A stretch of DNA of 64,000 nt. Origin: the human T2T-CHM13v2.0 reference genome, Homo sapiens. The stretch is from the NCBI RefSeq assembly GCF_009914755.1, contig NC_060942.1. One strand, 5' to 3'. The notes beneath the pieces are model-generated. The model was given only the letters and a program-made list of their open reading frames with translations. It did not search any database and was not told the DNA's origin. Positions 43,041 to 55,454 of this stretch are shown piece by piece; positions within the stretch are counted from its first letter, which is position 1, and every line of letters begins with the position of its first letter. The position numbers were made by a program, and so were the translations under genes.

Positions 43041-44724
43041 ATTTCTCCCTAGACCCAATCAATACAAAAATGATCTTGCTTCCAGATCCTGAAGGTTAGA
43101 GATAAGACTTATAGTCAAACACCTGTAGAATCCGAGAGTTGGGAGGGCAAACGTAGGGAGCAGCCATGACTCCTGGGACAGAGAGGCCGAGGAAGAGCCG
43201 CTCCTCAGGGCTAAGTCCAGACCTTGCTGGAGATAGCATAGCCCTGGCCCAGTGCCCGGCAGAGAAGTCCCTGTGGAGAACTTGCTGGACTGTGACCCCC
43301 AGGGATGCCAGGGAAGTTGTGTACAGGGAAGTGTCTTGCTGAAGGCACTGCATGATGAGACTTCCCCAGGAGGGCGTCAAGGGGAATGCCGGCTTCCAGT
43401 TGCTGCTGGTCACCATGCTTCCAAGAGCATGGGCGGCTACAGGAGCTCCTCTGCAGGAAGCTGTCCACGAGGGGCATGTTCTGCTTTGTCCCTCCAGGGC
43501 TGCAGTGGGAGGCTGCCTCATTCTGGGAATCGGCATAGGATTACCTACACATACAATCCGTGCTTTAAAATATCAGCTTAATTAATTACAGTCCGCTTTG
43601 CTATTTTGACTCATAGGTCGGAACTTGGATGGGAAAAAGAGGTGCCATTGCCCAGACCTCTCATGCCCAGCACTTATTAAAAAGGAGGGAAGAAATTGGA
43701 ATACCTCTGCTCCCCGGGTGCCTGCCCTGGGGTCATCCCTCAGGGTCTTCAGCAGCAGATGTTCCCCACCTCTCCCAAGTCCTCCCTAAGCCCTGCAGCT
43801 AGTCCTCTCAGGTTTATCCTAAAAAAACAATTTGATAGCAATCATTTCACGTGCTTATGTAACCCAGATCTCCCTCAAGGGTCTTTGCATTCATCAACAA
43901 ACAGTTCCAGGAGATGCTGCTTTGGGAGCCTTTTCTCTATGGCCAAAAGCAAAAGCCTGTCCTGTATCAAGTTCAGGCCACAGCACAAAGTTGGCCAGTG
44001 AGAAAAACACCGTAATCTTGTCTGATGTAGAAAAAGACAGAACTTGTTGTGCCACATTCTTAACCTAGAAGAGAGTCAGCTCAGTGAGCCCTTCTGACCT
44101 GAAGGAACAGTTAACGTCCCCATGTGATTTAGAGAAAGTCAAGTTCATTCTTTGCTTGTTATTTTTTGGTGTCTGGGCCAGATAAGTCATGCTAGAAATG
44201 TTCAGGATCCTTAATCAACAGTGTATTAATTAATGAGGATAAGTCTAAGCTACTGTGACCAAAATGATCAAGGCTTCCATGGGGTGAGGGTTTACGCATT
44301 TGTTCTTCACACAGAAGTCTGAGCAGCAAGTTCAGGGCTGCTTTGGGGGCTCCTCTATCATTTGGGACCTGGATTCCTTCCATTATGAGCCTCTTCCTTC
44401 CTCAGTTTTATCTCACAGGCCAAGATCTCTGCACCAGCTCCTGCTGGAGCCGCCAGTGGGAAGGAGGAAAAGAGAGGGCAAGACATGATCCCTCCATTTG
44501 AAGGCACAAGCCACAATTGAAAGTTTCGACCCCTTGCCTCTACTCTCCAGAAAACAGTCAGATGGCCACATCCAACTGTATGAGAGGATGAAAATATGCC
44601 TAGCTAAAGATTCTACGTAGGAGAGGGAGAACAGATGTTAGAAAACAATAATCAGTTTTTTGCAAATTGGATGTCAACCTTTAAGTTCCTCTATTACATC
44701 AATTATACCATGACACCTGCCCCA

Positions 44725-45868
44725 AGGAAAACAAATAGAAAAAAAAAAAGAAAGAAAAGGCATCCAATTTGGAAAGGAAAAAGCAAAATTTTCTGTTTGC
44801 AAATGCTATGATCTTACATATAGAAAACCCCAGAAGAACTCCACCAAAATACCCTTAGAACTAATGAATAGTTCACTTACTAAATGAACTCAGTAAAGAT
44901 TTTGAATACAAAATCAACACATAAAAATTAGTTGCACTCCTATACACCAAAAATAAATTACCCAAAAAGAAATTAAGAAAATGATTTTATTTACAATAGC
45001 ATCAAAAAGAATAAAATACTTAGGAATAAATTTAACCAAGGAGATGAAAGATCTGTAAACCAAAAACTGTAAGACATTGATGAAAAGGAAGATACAAATG
45101 TAAAGGTATCCCACGTTCATGGATTGGAAGAATTAATATTTTTACAGTATCCATAGTACCCGAGGTGATCTACAGAGTCAGTGCAATTCCTATCAAAATA
45201 TCAATGGCATTTTTCACAGATAGAAAAAAAATCCTAAAATTTATGTAGAATCATGGAAGACCACAAATAGCAAAAGCAACCTTGAAAAAGAGAACAAAGC
45301 TGGTGGCATCACACTACCTGACTTCAAAGTATACTATAAAACTGTAGTAACCAAAATAGGGTACTGGCATAAAAACAGACATTTAGACCAATGGAACAGA
45401 ATGGAAAGCCCAGGAATCAATTCACACACTTACAGCCAATTGATTTTCAACAAAGGTGCCAAGAACATATGGGAAAGGACAGTTTCTTCAATAAATAACA
45501 ATGGGAAAACTGGATATCCATATACAGAAGAATGAAATTGGACCTTTAGCTCACACCATATACAAAAATCAACTCAAAATGGATTGAAGACTTAAATGTA
45601 AGATTTGAAACCATAAGAATCTTAGAACACAGAAGAAAATCTTCATGACATTGGTCCTGGCAATGATTTTTTGGCGATGACACCAAATGCATAGGTAACA
45701 AAAGAAAAAATAAACAATTGGGACTTCACTAAACTAAAAATTTTCTGCTCAGCAAAAGAAACAACAAAATGAGAAGGCAACCTATGGAATGGGAGAAAAT
45801 ATTTGCAAACCACATATCTGATAAGGGGGTTAACCTGCAAAATATATAAGGAACTCACACAACTCAGT

Positions 45869-45903
<35 letters not shown>

Positions 45904-46765
45904 CCCAATTTTGAAAATGGACAAAGGATCTGAATAGACATTTTTTCAAAGAAGATCTACAAATGGCTAACAAGTATATAAAAAAATACTCAGTATTACT
46001 AACCATCAGAGAAATGCAAATCCAAACCACAATGAGGTATCACCTCACACCTGTTAGTATGGCAAAGACAAGAGATAATAAGTGTTGGAGATGACGTAGA
46101 GAAAAAGGAACCCTTGCACACTGTTGGTGGGAATGTAAATTAGTGCAGCCATTATAAAGATTTCTCAAAACACTAAAACTAGAACTACCATATGATCCAG
46201 CCTTGTTGCTTCTGTGTATTTATCCAAAGGAAATGAAATCAGTATGTCAAAGAAATGTCTGCACCCCCATGTTCATTGCAGCATTAGTCACAATAGCCAA
46301 GATAGGGAAACAACTAAAAGTCCATCGGCAGATGAATGGATAAAGAAAATGTAGTCTATATACACAATGGACCACTATGCAGCCAGATAGAAACAAGGGA
46401 ATCCTGTTATTTGTGACAACATAGATGATCTTGGAGACTTTAAGCCAAGTTAAACTAAGCCAGACACAGAAATACAATGCTGTTAAATCTCACTTCTATG
46501 TGGACTCGAAAGTCAAACTCATAGAAACAGACTGGGATGGTGGTTGCCAGAAGTTGGAGGGAGGGGGAATGAGATGGTGAGCACAGGGTACAGACTTTCA
46601 GTTACAAGATAAACAAGTGCTGGGGATTTACTGTACGGGAGGGGTGGTGATGTTGTGTTCATTCATTTGATTGGGATAATCATTACACAATGTATACATA
46701 TATCAAATGATTGCATTTGACACCTTGAATATATACAATCTTTATTTGTCAACTAAATTTTTTAA
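44725..46765 (+). mobile_element. 5'-truncated L1 (L1MA-like), degenerate ORF2 3' half + 3'UTR
   Basis: ORF2-derived motifs aaatacttaggaataaatttaaccaaggag, gtactggcataaaaacagaca, caatgaggtatcacctcacacctgttag; frameshifted. Confidence 0.92.
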
Positions 46766-48707
46766 AGTGTATATAACAGATAGAGGAAATACCCATGGAA
46801 CACACTTTGTTATCAATGTTTTGAAGAAAACTCACCATCTGCATCAGCCCCAAAGCTGTGGGAAGCATGCAGCACGGGGGGAGAAAGCAGTCCTGGTAAA
46901 TGGTGCTCACGGCCCTCCTGTTCCTTTCACCACTGCACAATCAGGAGGCAACTGTGGACCCTCTCAGGCTTGCAGGGCCCCCTGGGCAGGTGGTTCCTCG
47001 TTGATGACTCTTCAGTATCATAGGCGCCTGCGTGTAGTAGAATCTGTTACTACTCTACATGGTAAGACAGTGGAGTTTTCACTCACTTATGCAGAATTCT
47101 GTCAGTCTGAGTTTCCTCAAATGGCCTTTGACAGGAGTCTGGTTCGACAGACAGGTGCTAACTCAAAAGAAATAGTGGTTTAGTCACAGCAGAATTTCCT
47201 CAGAACAACAGATGGTCATGACCAAACCCCACCCAAAAGGGCGCAGAGTGGGCTTTGACTGAGATGTTCGCATGAGATGGTCCTGTGGCCTGAACCCCTG
47301 GGGTCCGGGAGACCAGCCAGGGTGAGGCTGCTGGAGCCACGCCGGAGGAGGTCAGGGCCTGGACGCCCTATGGAGTGGAAAAGACCAGGAGATCCGAAGC
47401 CCCATCCAATCCTCGGATCTTGCATCTTGCTTTCTGCTAATGGGCGCCCCTTCTGAGAAGACGGGTTTCCCGCTTGCCCTTGTTGCAGCCCCATCCCCAC
47501 CCAGAAGCCCCCACTTCCTCTGCCTATCCCTGTTTCTCATCTGCCCATCTGAAATCGGATGATTTCTCTGGGGGTGGGCCTCGCCGCTGGCCTTTTTGAA
47601 GCTCCCAGGTGATTCTAGCATGCTTCCCGCTGGAGGGCCCGACCTCTCCAGTCCCACCTGCCCTCCAGGAAGGCTCACCTCCTCCAGCTCCCCACGCCTG
47701 CCCCAGCATCTGCCCCAGCATCTGCCCAAAGCGTCCTCTTCCACGTTCAAACCCAGGACTTCTGTCCACGTGAGTCACTTAACTGTTAGCTGCATGCTGC
47801 TGGGCCATTTCCTACATTTGTCCCGTCTCCTTGAAGGCAGGGCTTGGGCACTTGCTCCGCCATTGTACCCAACGCAGAGCAGCAGCCAAGATGCGCTCGT
47901 GAAATCTCACTGAGGTGGGCAAGGCCTGGGGGAGTCTGGGGTGAGCTGGAATCATGTCAGCTCCTGTTCATTGTGCACCTACTGTGTCCAGTACTGTGTA
48001 CTCGGCCCTGCGCCGGTTGTGATACACACTGTTTCCACTGCCCGGACAGGGCTCCCAGAGGGCAAGAAGGTCACAGCGTGCAGGCCACACCTGGGCTTGC
48101 CACTTCTGGGAAAGCTTCCAAGAGAGAAGGAAAAGCTAGATTTCTGTGGGGTTATAGAGAGTTGAAGGGACAGACGGGAGAGTGTGTGTGGAGATTTATT
48201 TTCCCAGAACTTGAATGGAAGCTGTTACTGTCAACTTCATCTCTTAAGAGCCCTCTTGGACATGTTTTAATGTCCCAAGACAGGGCAAAAGGTCTGTTTT
48301 CATCTCTAATCATAACAATAACCAGCTTTGCCTCATTGAACCCAGAGAAGGTAGGTTACTTTCTCCTCTTTCCAGGGAAGTAAATGGGAGACTTGGAGAG
48401 GTGGTTCCCACCGGCTCTGTTTGAGTCCTGGAGTCAGGGAGGACTCTTTGCAGACCAAAGCATGAAGTTTTCAGTGCTGCAGGATTCAGACTGATCGGCA
48501 TCGTGGTGCGTCATTACACAGATCCTTGGTGGCAGTAGCTTGGTCTAGATGGTTGAGGAAGAGGAGAAAATGGAAGCTGGTGAATACCGCTGAGGTAGCA
48601 GATCTTTCCCTCCCTCCTGGGAGTACAGGCTGCCTGAGGTCCATTTCTCTCTCCACTGGGTGTGACTGCAGGGCGCTACGTGCTTGTGCTACACCAGATA
48701 CAGAAAG

Positions 48708-48913
48708 ATGCCACACTGCAGGGAAAAGGGCCCCAGGCATGCTCAGGAAGCCTTCATGAGCCCCAGCTAGCTGGGATAATGAGTTCCAACTCTGCCACTC
48801 CAGAGGTTTCTTCGTTGGTAAAAAGTATTTGTCCTTTCATTCAACAGTTACAGAGTAACTTCCAGTGTGCGAATCCCTGCAACAGTTATCAAGAGAGAAA
48901 TGATGCAAAAGAA
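48708..48913. repeat. Dispersed direct repeat, copy 1 (~200 bp)
   Basis: Shares GGGATAATGAGTTCCAACTCTGCC...TCCAGAGGTTTCTT...GAGAGAAATGATGCAAAAGAA with 50203-50415. Confidence 0.9.
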
Positions 48914-50202
48914 GACTGCTTGTAAGTGAGTAAAGTGCCTCCTGGGGAGTGATGATGCCTTATGAAAGGTATGGAAGGTGCTAGGGGATCTGGCTGAAGA
49001 ATCGTGATAGGATTTTGACCAAGCGAGGTCTGTAAATGGGGCATGTCATTGGCACAGAGCTTACTTACCAGGCACAGACCTAGGATGTATTTCTCTCTGC
49101 CGACGTGGTGTACATCATACTCCGCCGACAGACACAGGTGGTGGCCTCTGACACAGCAAAGTTAGAGGGAAAACTAGCTCCAGGCATTGCCCCTCGTACT
49201 CTCCAATGGAAACCTGGGAAGCTGAAAAGCACAGCCTAGCTTAGGTTCACATGTGTTAGGAGTAGGGAACCCAGAGTAGCTTCTTCGTCTGTCTCTTTCC
49301 CTCTCTGTCTCCCCCTCTCTCTCTCCACCACCATCTCTCTCTCCTCTCTCCCTTTCTCCCCTCTCTTCTCTCCACTGTCTCCCAGATTTAACTGGCATCG
49401 AGATGGAGATCTGTGAAGATGGAAGACTGAGAAGGCAAAATAATTGGAATTCTTGTAGGAGCACTTTCCCCTGGACCTGTGTTTGGCTTCTGTTCTTGCT
49501 AATATCTGTTGGAGTCTTTCCTTCCTTCCTTCCAAACTATATTAGTAATAGAATCAAATGTCTTCTTTTGTAATCAACTAACAAAACATTTTTTAAATTT
49601 GTATTGATTTATTTTTAATTTTTATAAAGATGGGGACTCACTCTGTTGCCCAGGCTGGTCTCCAACTCCTGACAAGGAATCCTCCTGCCTCAGCCTCCCA
49701 AAGTGCTGGGATTCTAACAAAATATTTGAGCCAGCTCTGTTTTCCTCTTTTCTAGAAAAAAAATTATTGTGAGGAACACTCATATCTCACATATTTTCTG
49801 CAAGGAAAGAGTAAAGTGCATTTGACAGAGGCTGAGAAAGAGGAATTCTCTGATCTGAATTACATGGGCTTTTGAAGCCCTGGGCTCGCCCGTGCGCTAT
49901 GCTCTTGCCAGAGGTGACTTTGGCTGGGTAGGGGCAAGGTTTTCCACTGATGACTGCAGGCAGCAGGGCCCCCACCCTCCTAGGATCACAGCCCACACCT
50001 GGGCCCAGCCTCACCCTCTCCTTCCTTTCCAGCCCTCGGAATTCTGAGTATGATCCCAGCAACTTGGCCTTCGGAAGAAGGGCCAGGCCCACTTCCTGGG
50101 AGCTGCTGTGCTGGGCCTGGAGCTCAAGGAGCCCGGCCTGGCAAGTGTCAGGGAAAGGGTGTGAGGATGGGGAGGAGGTGCAGAGACGCAGCTGGTGGAG
50201 AC

Positions 50203-50415
50203 GCTGCCCCTCTGCAAGGGAGAGGGGCCCCGCCCTGATAGCCACAGCTAGCCTTAACTAGCAGGGATAATGAGTTCCAACTCTGCCTTTCCAGAGGTTT
50301 CTTTGTTGGTAAAAATTATTTGATTATTTGTCCTTTCATTCAGCAAACAGTTAGAGTAAGTCTCCAGTGTGCCAATCCCTGCAAGAGTTATTCAGAGAGA
50401 AATGATGCAAAAGAA
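50203..50415. repeat. Dispersed direct repeat, copy 2
   Basis: Aligns to 48708-48913 with scattered substitutions and small indels. Confidence 0.9.
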
Positions 50416-50499
50416 TCCCAGTCCCCCAGAAAAGCCCTGGGACCCCTCAACCCAAGGCTCTGGCCTGTGCCCTGCTGCCTCCTTTTCTCTACTGTCCCC

Positions 50500-50922
50500 T
50501 GACCTTCCCACCAAAATTTATATGTTGACATCCTAACCCCCAAGACCTCAGAATGTGACCTTCTATGGAGATAGGGTCATTGCAGATTGAATTACTTATC
50601 TTAAGGTCACATGGGCATAGGATGGACCCCTGATTACACACAACTGTGTCCTTATGAGAAGGGAAAATCTGGACACACACACATACACAGGGAGAACATC
50701 ATAAGAAGATGAGGGCAGAGATCGGGTGATGCTTCTACAAGACAAGGGACACCAAGGACGGCCAGCAGCCACGCGGGTCAAGGCCTGGAGCACGCCCTTC
50801 CCGCTCAGCCTCAGGAGAAACCTGCCCTGCCCATACCTTCATCTCAGACTTCCAGTCTCCAGAATTGAGACCGATTTCTGTTGCTTAAGCCACCCAGTGT
50901 AGGGTACTTTTGTTAGAGCAGA
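50500..50922 (+). mobile_element. MLT1B-like MaLR LTR (its 3' terminus resumes at ~51529-51548)
   Basis: ctcagaatgtgaccttctatggagatagggtc...ttgcttaagccacccagtgtagggtacttttgttag. Confidence 0.8.
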
Positions 50923-51528
50923 TGTTGGGGCTCAGAAGCCAATACCCCAAAATATGGTGCTTTGTTCAAGCTGAACTGAAAAGGAACTTCAGGGCCTCTC
51001 GGCTCCCCGACCCCCACCATCTCTCCCGGAGTTCCTGAAGTGTCCTTATCTCCTTCAAGTCTGACCCACCAAAGAAGAAAGGAATGACCTCTAGTCCCTT
51101 CCCTGAGTTTTCGTTAACTGAACCCATATCTCAGGAAGGAAGGCTGACACCGAACACGCTGGACAGACTTGTCAAGACCATTGTCTGCTCCGGGGCCCAG
51201 CAGACTTGAACGAAGACCGTGGCGTGCTCTTCAAGCCCACTGAATCCTCCCTCGTGAGCGCTGATTGCCCTCAGCTGAAGTCCTCTTTTCTCCTCCCATA
51301 ACCTGTTGCGCGAGAATCTAAGCCGCCACTCCTTGTGGAACCTCAAGAGGGTGTCTCAGCTTCCCAACCCCATTAGGGATTGGTCCTTCCTTCTGAAGGC
51401 TCCCATGTCACTTAAAACTAGGAGCAAATCAATCTGTTATGCCTCTTCTCCAATTCAACTGCCCTTTGCAAGCTGATTTTGCAGCGAACCTTCAGAGAGC
51501 TGGGAAAACTCTACCCTCGGCCCCTGCA
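50923..51528 (+). mobile_element. ERV1-type solo LTR (MER39/MER34 group) immediately upstream of the CNDP1 promoter
   Basis: TGTTGGGGCTCAGAAGCCAATACCCCAAAATATGG start, CA end, imperfect TSD CAGA/CAGC; splits the MLT1 terminus. Confidence 0.7.
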
Positions 51529-51549
51529 CAGCCCTAGGAAGCTAATCCT

Positions 51550-52035
51550 CGGCCGTAACATTCCATCACAAGGGCCCACAGCCACAGTGTGTGGGGGCCT
51601 GTCATGTGAGGGGGCTGTCACCTGAGGGGGCTGTGCCGCTGGCTCAGCTCTGCCTGCTGGCCGGGGCCCTACTCCCTCTCAGAGATGACACACAAGTGCC
51701 CCCAAAGAAGAACCCGAGGAGTCGCAGGCTGGGCCAGGCTGCTGGCTTCCAGTGACATCACATGACTTTGGGGCCACTGCCTCATCCCGTATCTGCGCGT
51801 ATGAGATGCATTGTCTCTTCCTCTGCAGTTGAGCTGAATGAATACCTCCGAAGCCGCTTTGTTCTCCAGATGTGAATAGCTCCACTATACCAGCCTCGTC
51901 TTCCTTCCGGGGGACAACGTGGGTCAGGGCACAGAGAGATATTTAATGTCACCCTCTTGGGGCTTTCATGGGACTCCCTCTGCCACATTTTTTGGAGGTT
52001 GGGAAAGTTGCTAGAGGCTTCAGAACTCCAGCCTA
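51550..52035 (+). promoter_or_regulatory. CNDP1: CNDP1 proximal promoter and 5'UTR (TSS not resolved, roughly 51870)
   Basis: Unique sequence directly upstream of the CNDP1 ATG; not a CpG island; AT-rich ATATTTAA at ~51939. Confidence 0.6.
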
Positions 52036-52059
52036 ATGGATCCCAAACTCGGGAGAATG
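52036..52059 (+). CDS. CNDP1: CNDP1 (serum carnosinase, beta-Ala-His dipeptidase) exon 1 coding part; rest of gene beyond the window
   Basis: ATG GAT CCC AAA CTC GGG AGA ATG = MDPKLGRM, the known CNDP1 N-terminus, then strong donor ATG|gtgagt; lies downstream of paralog CNDP2 as known. Confidence 0.92.
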
Positions 52060-52945
52060 GTGAGTAGGACCTCCTCCATCAGAGTCCGTGCATTGGGTGC
52101 CAGAATTCCATTTGTCCCGGGAGCATGTGCGTTAAGCCCAGTTGGGCAGGGCAGGCACCCAGCGTGGCCCCAGATGCTGCTCCTCATGGTGTTCTTAGGT
52201 GCTGTCTTGGCCGAGGAATGTGGTATTTGGAATTATATTTTATCAGTAATGCTTTTGGGTAGTTGTGTGTTCTTAACAATAATTAAATGGCATTATTGTC
52301 AAGTAGTTCATATTCAAATTGTTCATGAACTCAGTCTTCTTAAATCAATTTTTTTCTGTACTTTTTCTCTTTAAAAAAAATGAGTTTGCTTCCTGGAAGA
52401 ATTTGCCTAAATAATGGTAACAGACAGTGTGCTGTTTGTCCTGGTCCCAGGTTCCCGACTTAAGGGCTAGTTTGCAAGAGCTAATCACCGGGCTAAATCA
52501 CCCCAGGCCTTTCTCGGCGAGGTTTCCATGGTTCAGGTGCAAACCTGAGTGTGGGTGTGGCGGGAAGGCTTCTCTCTAGGAAAACAAGCAGGCAGGTACC
52601 TTTGGCTGTGAGGTTTTGTGGGGTTGTGTTCCAGACTACTTGGAAAGATAAAATTCATGGACGCTTTTTATTTCCATTGCAAACACACACATACACACAC
52701 AGAAATTTTCAGAATTTTGTGGAAGGTTGATACGTAGAAGACTCTCAAAAGACATACTGAAACAAATACATGCAAATGCGAGGCTGGAGACACAGTGAGC
52801 AGGCAGGTGGTGACCTGACCACAGCCGGATTCTAGAAGTGGGCTTTGCCCACCTGCAAGACCATGAGATTCCCACACCATGCTGCAAAATCACTGCTCTG
52901 AGAGAAAGAACCTCACCCTGTGGTCTGGCCATGCTTTCCATTGCT

Positions 52946-52981
<36 letters not shown>

Positions 52982-53131
52982 ACCCATGACTGGCCAGGGC
53001 ATTGGGGTGGGGGTTAGAAGAGGACATTTCACTGAATACTGTCTTACTTTAAAAAATCTTTAAACTGTGTCATGATAGTATCTATTCAAAACATTAAAGT
53101 TAAAAGCAACATGAAAGAAAATAATTTCCCT

Positions 53132-53425
53132 GGCTGGGCATGGTGGCTTATGTCTGCAATCCCAACACTTTAGGAGGCCAAAGCAGGAGGATCACCTGAG
53201 CCCAGGAGTTCAAGACTGGCCTGGGCAACATAGTGAGACCCTGACTCTACAAACAATTTTAAAAGTAGCCAGGCAGGGTGGAGCATGCCTGTGGTCTCAG
53301 CTACTCAGGAGACCAAGGTGGGAGGATGGCTTGAACCTGGGAGGTCGAGGCTGCAGTGAGCCATGGTTGCGCCACTGCACTCCAGCCTGGGAGGCAGAGT
53401 AAGACCCTGTCTGAAACAAAAAAGA
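53132..53425 (+). mobile_element. Alu (AluJ-like), CNDP1 intron 1
   Basis: Alu consensus. Confidence 0.93.
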
Positions 53426-53519
53426 AGGAAATATTTTGTTTTGGACTCAATATAATACCCTTTGATATGAAAGAGAGGAAGAGATTGTACTATATATTTT
53501 CCCCTTTGCTATTCTTTTA

Positions 53520-54810
53520 CTTTTTTTTAACTTTTATTTTTGGTTTAGCAGTACATGTGCAGGTTTCTTACATAGGTAAATTTGTGTCATGGTGATTTGT
53601 TGTACAGATTATTTAATCACCCAGGTATTAAGCCTAGTACTCATTAGTTATTTTTGCTGATCCTCTCCCTCCTCCCGTCCTCCACCCATAGGCCCCAGTG
53701 TGTGTTGTTCTCCTCTATGTGTCCATGTGTTCTCATCATTTAGCTCCCACTTACAAATGAGAACATGCAGTGTCTGGTTTTCTGTTCCTGCATTAGTTTG
53801 CTAAGGATGATGGCCTCCAGCTCCATCCATATTCCTGCAAAGGACATGATCTCATTCTTTTTTATGGCTGCATAGTATTCACCATGGTGTAGATGTACCA
53901 CATTTTCTTTACCCAGTCTGTCATTGATGGACATTTAGGTTGATTCCATGTCTTTGCTATTGTGAATAGTGCTGCAGTTAACATTCACATTCATGTGTCT
54001 TTATAGTAGAATGATTTATATTCCTCTGAGCATATAACCCAGTAATGGGATTATTGGGTCAAACGGTAGTTCTGTTTTTAGCTGTTTGAGGAATTGCCAC
54101 ACTGCTTTCCACAATAATTGAACTAATTTACACTCCTACCAACAACGTATAAGTTTTCCCTTTTCTCTGCAACCTCACTTGCATCTGTTATTTTTTGACT
54201 TTTTAATACAGTTGTTTGATGTGAGATGGTATCTCATTGTGGTTTTGATTTGCATTTCTCTAATGATCAGTGATACTGAGCTTTTTTTCATATGCTTGTT
54301 GGCCACATGTATATCTTCTTTTGAAAAGTGTCTGTTCATGTCCTTTGCCCAGTTTTTAATGGGATTGTTTGTTTTTTCTTGTAAATTTGTTGAAGTTCCT
54401 CGATACTGGATATTAGATCTTGGTCAGATGCATAGTTTGCAAATATTTTCTCCTATTCTGTAGGTTGTCCGTTTACTCTGTTGATAGTTTCTTTTACTGT
54501 GCAGAAGCTCTTAAGTTTAATTAGATTCTATTTGTCAATTTTTGCTTTTGTTGCAATTGCTTTTGGTGTCTCTGTCATGAAATCTTTGCCTGTTCCTATG
54601 TCCAGGATGGTATTGCCTAGGTTGTCTTCCAGGGTTTTTAGAGTCTGGGGTTTTATGTTTAAGTCCTTAATCCATCTTGAGTTGATTTTTGTATATGATG
54701 TAAGGAAGGGGTCCAGTTTCAATCTTCTGCATATGGCTAATGGCTAGCCAGTTATCCGAGCATCATTTATTGAATAGGGAGTCCTTTTCCATTGCTTGTT
54801 TTTGTCGCTA
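53520..54810 (-). mobile_element. 5'-truncated L1 (older L1PA/L1PB-like) 3' end
   Basis: Reverse L1 3'UTR (gtacatgtgcaggtttcttacataggtaaa) and ORF2 C-terminal remnants ([42 protein letters not shown]). Confidence 0.93.
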
Positions 54811-55454
54811 TTGCTGACTTATTACCATCACCTTTTTCTAATACTGAGAGAGAAAAGAAAGTCATCAATTCTATTCTTGGGATCTTGAGCCCAAGATTGG
54901 GCAAACTCTTTCTTTTACTGTGACACAGATCAAATGCCCATCAACAGCTAGGGTGGATCCCTGGCTGTGGCCCAGGGGGACTGGATGAGGTTTGGGGAGC
55001 TGGACCACAGGATGCAGAGGGGGCTCTGTGCTGTGGGCACTCACCCTTTGGATGGGGCACATGCAGTGAGCATGTGTGATGTGCCTCCTCTGTGCTCTAG
55101 TGCCCAGGCCCAGTCACTCCGGGCAAAGAGTGGTACCTGGGATATGGACTCTGGGACCAGGAAGCTCCTCTGGGGGGAATGAACCAGGTCATATATCACT
55201 ACACTTTGTCCACACTCCTTGTTTCTTTCCACATAAAGCGGCATTCTTGTTAAAACCATAGAGTAGAACTTCTAGCTGCTGAAGACAAAAGACAAAGTAC
55301 AATTTAGACGAAGGTGAGAAGTTACCCATCCATGTACAATTTACTGCCTTTTTCACTAAATCCCATACTCAGGTTTTTGTTTTGTTTTGTTTTCTCTCAA
55401 ACTTTAGTGTGAGCAGTTTTAGGGTAGAGGCCCAGGAATCTGCACTTTCAAGCC

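Noticed and set aside
44725-46765. L1 ORF2 as an active or domesticated gene
   Set aside because: 5'-truncated with many stops and frameshifts
52060-52374. 112-aa ORF MDPKLGRMVSRT... with hydrophobic stretches
   Set aside because: Read-through of CNDP1 exon 1 into intron 1 past a strong GTGAGT donor; only the first 8 codons are CNDP1
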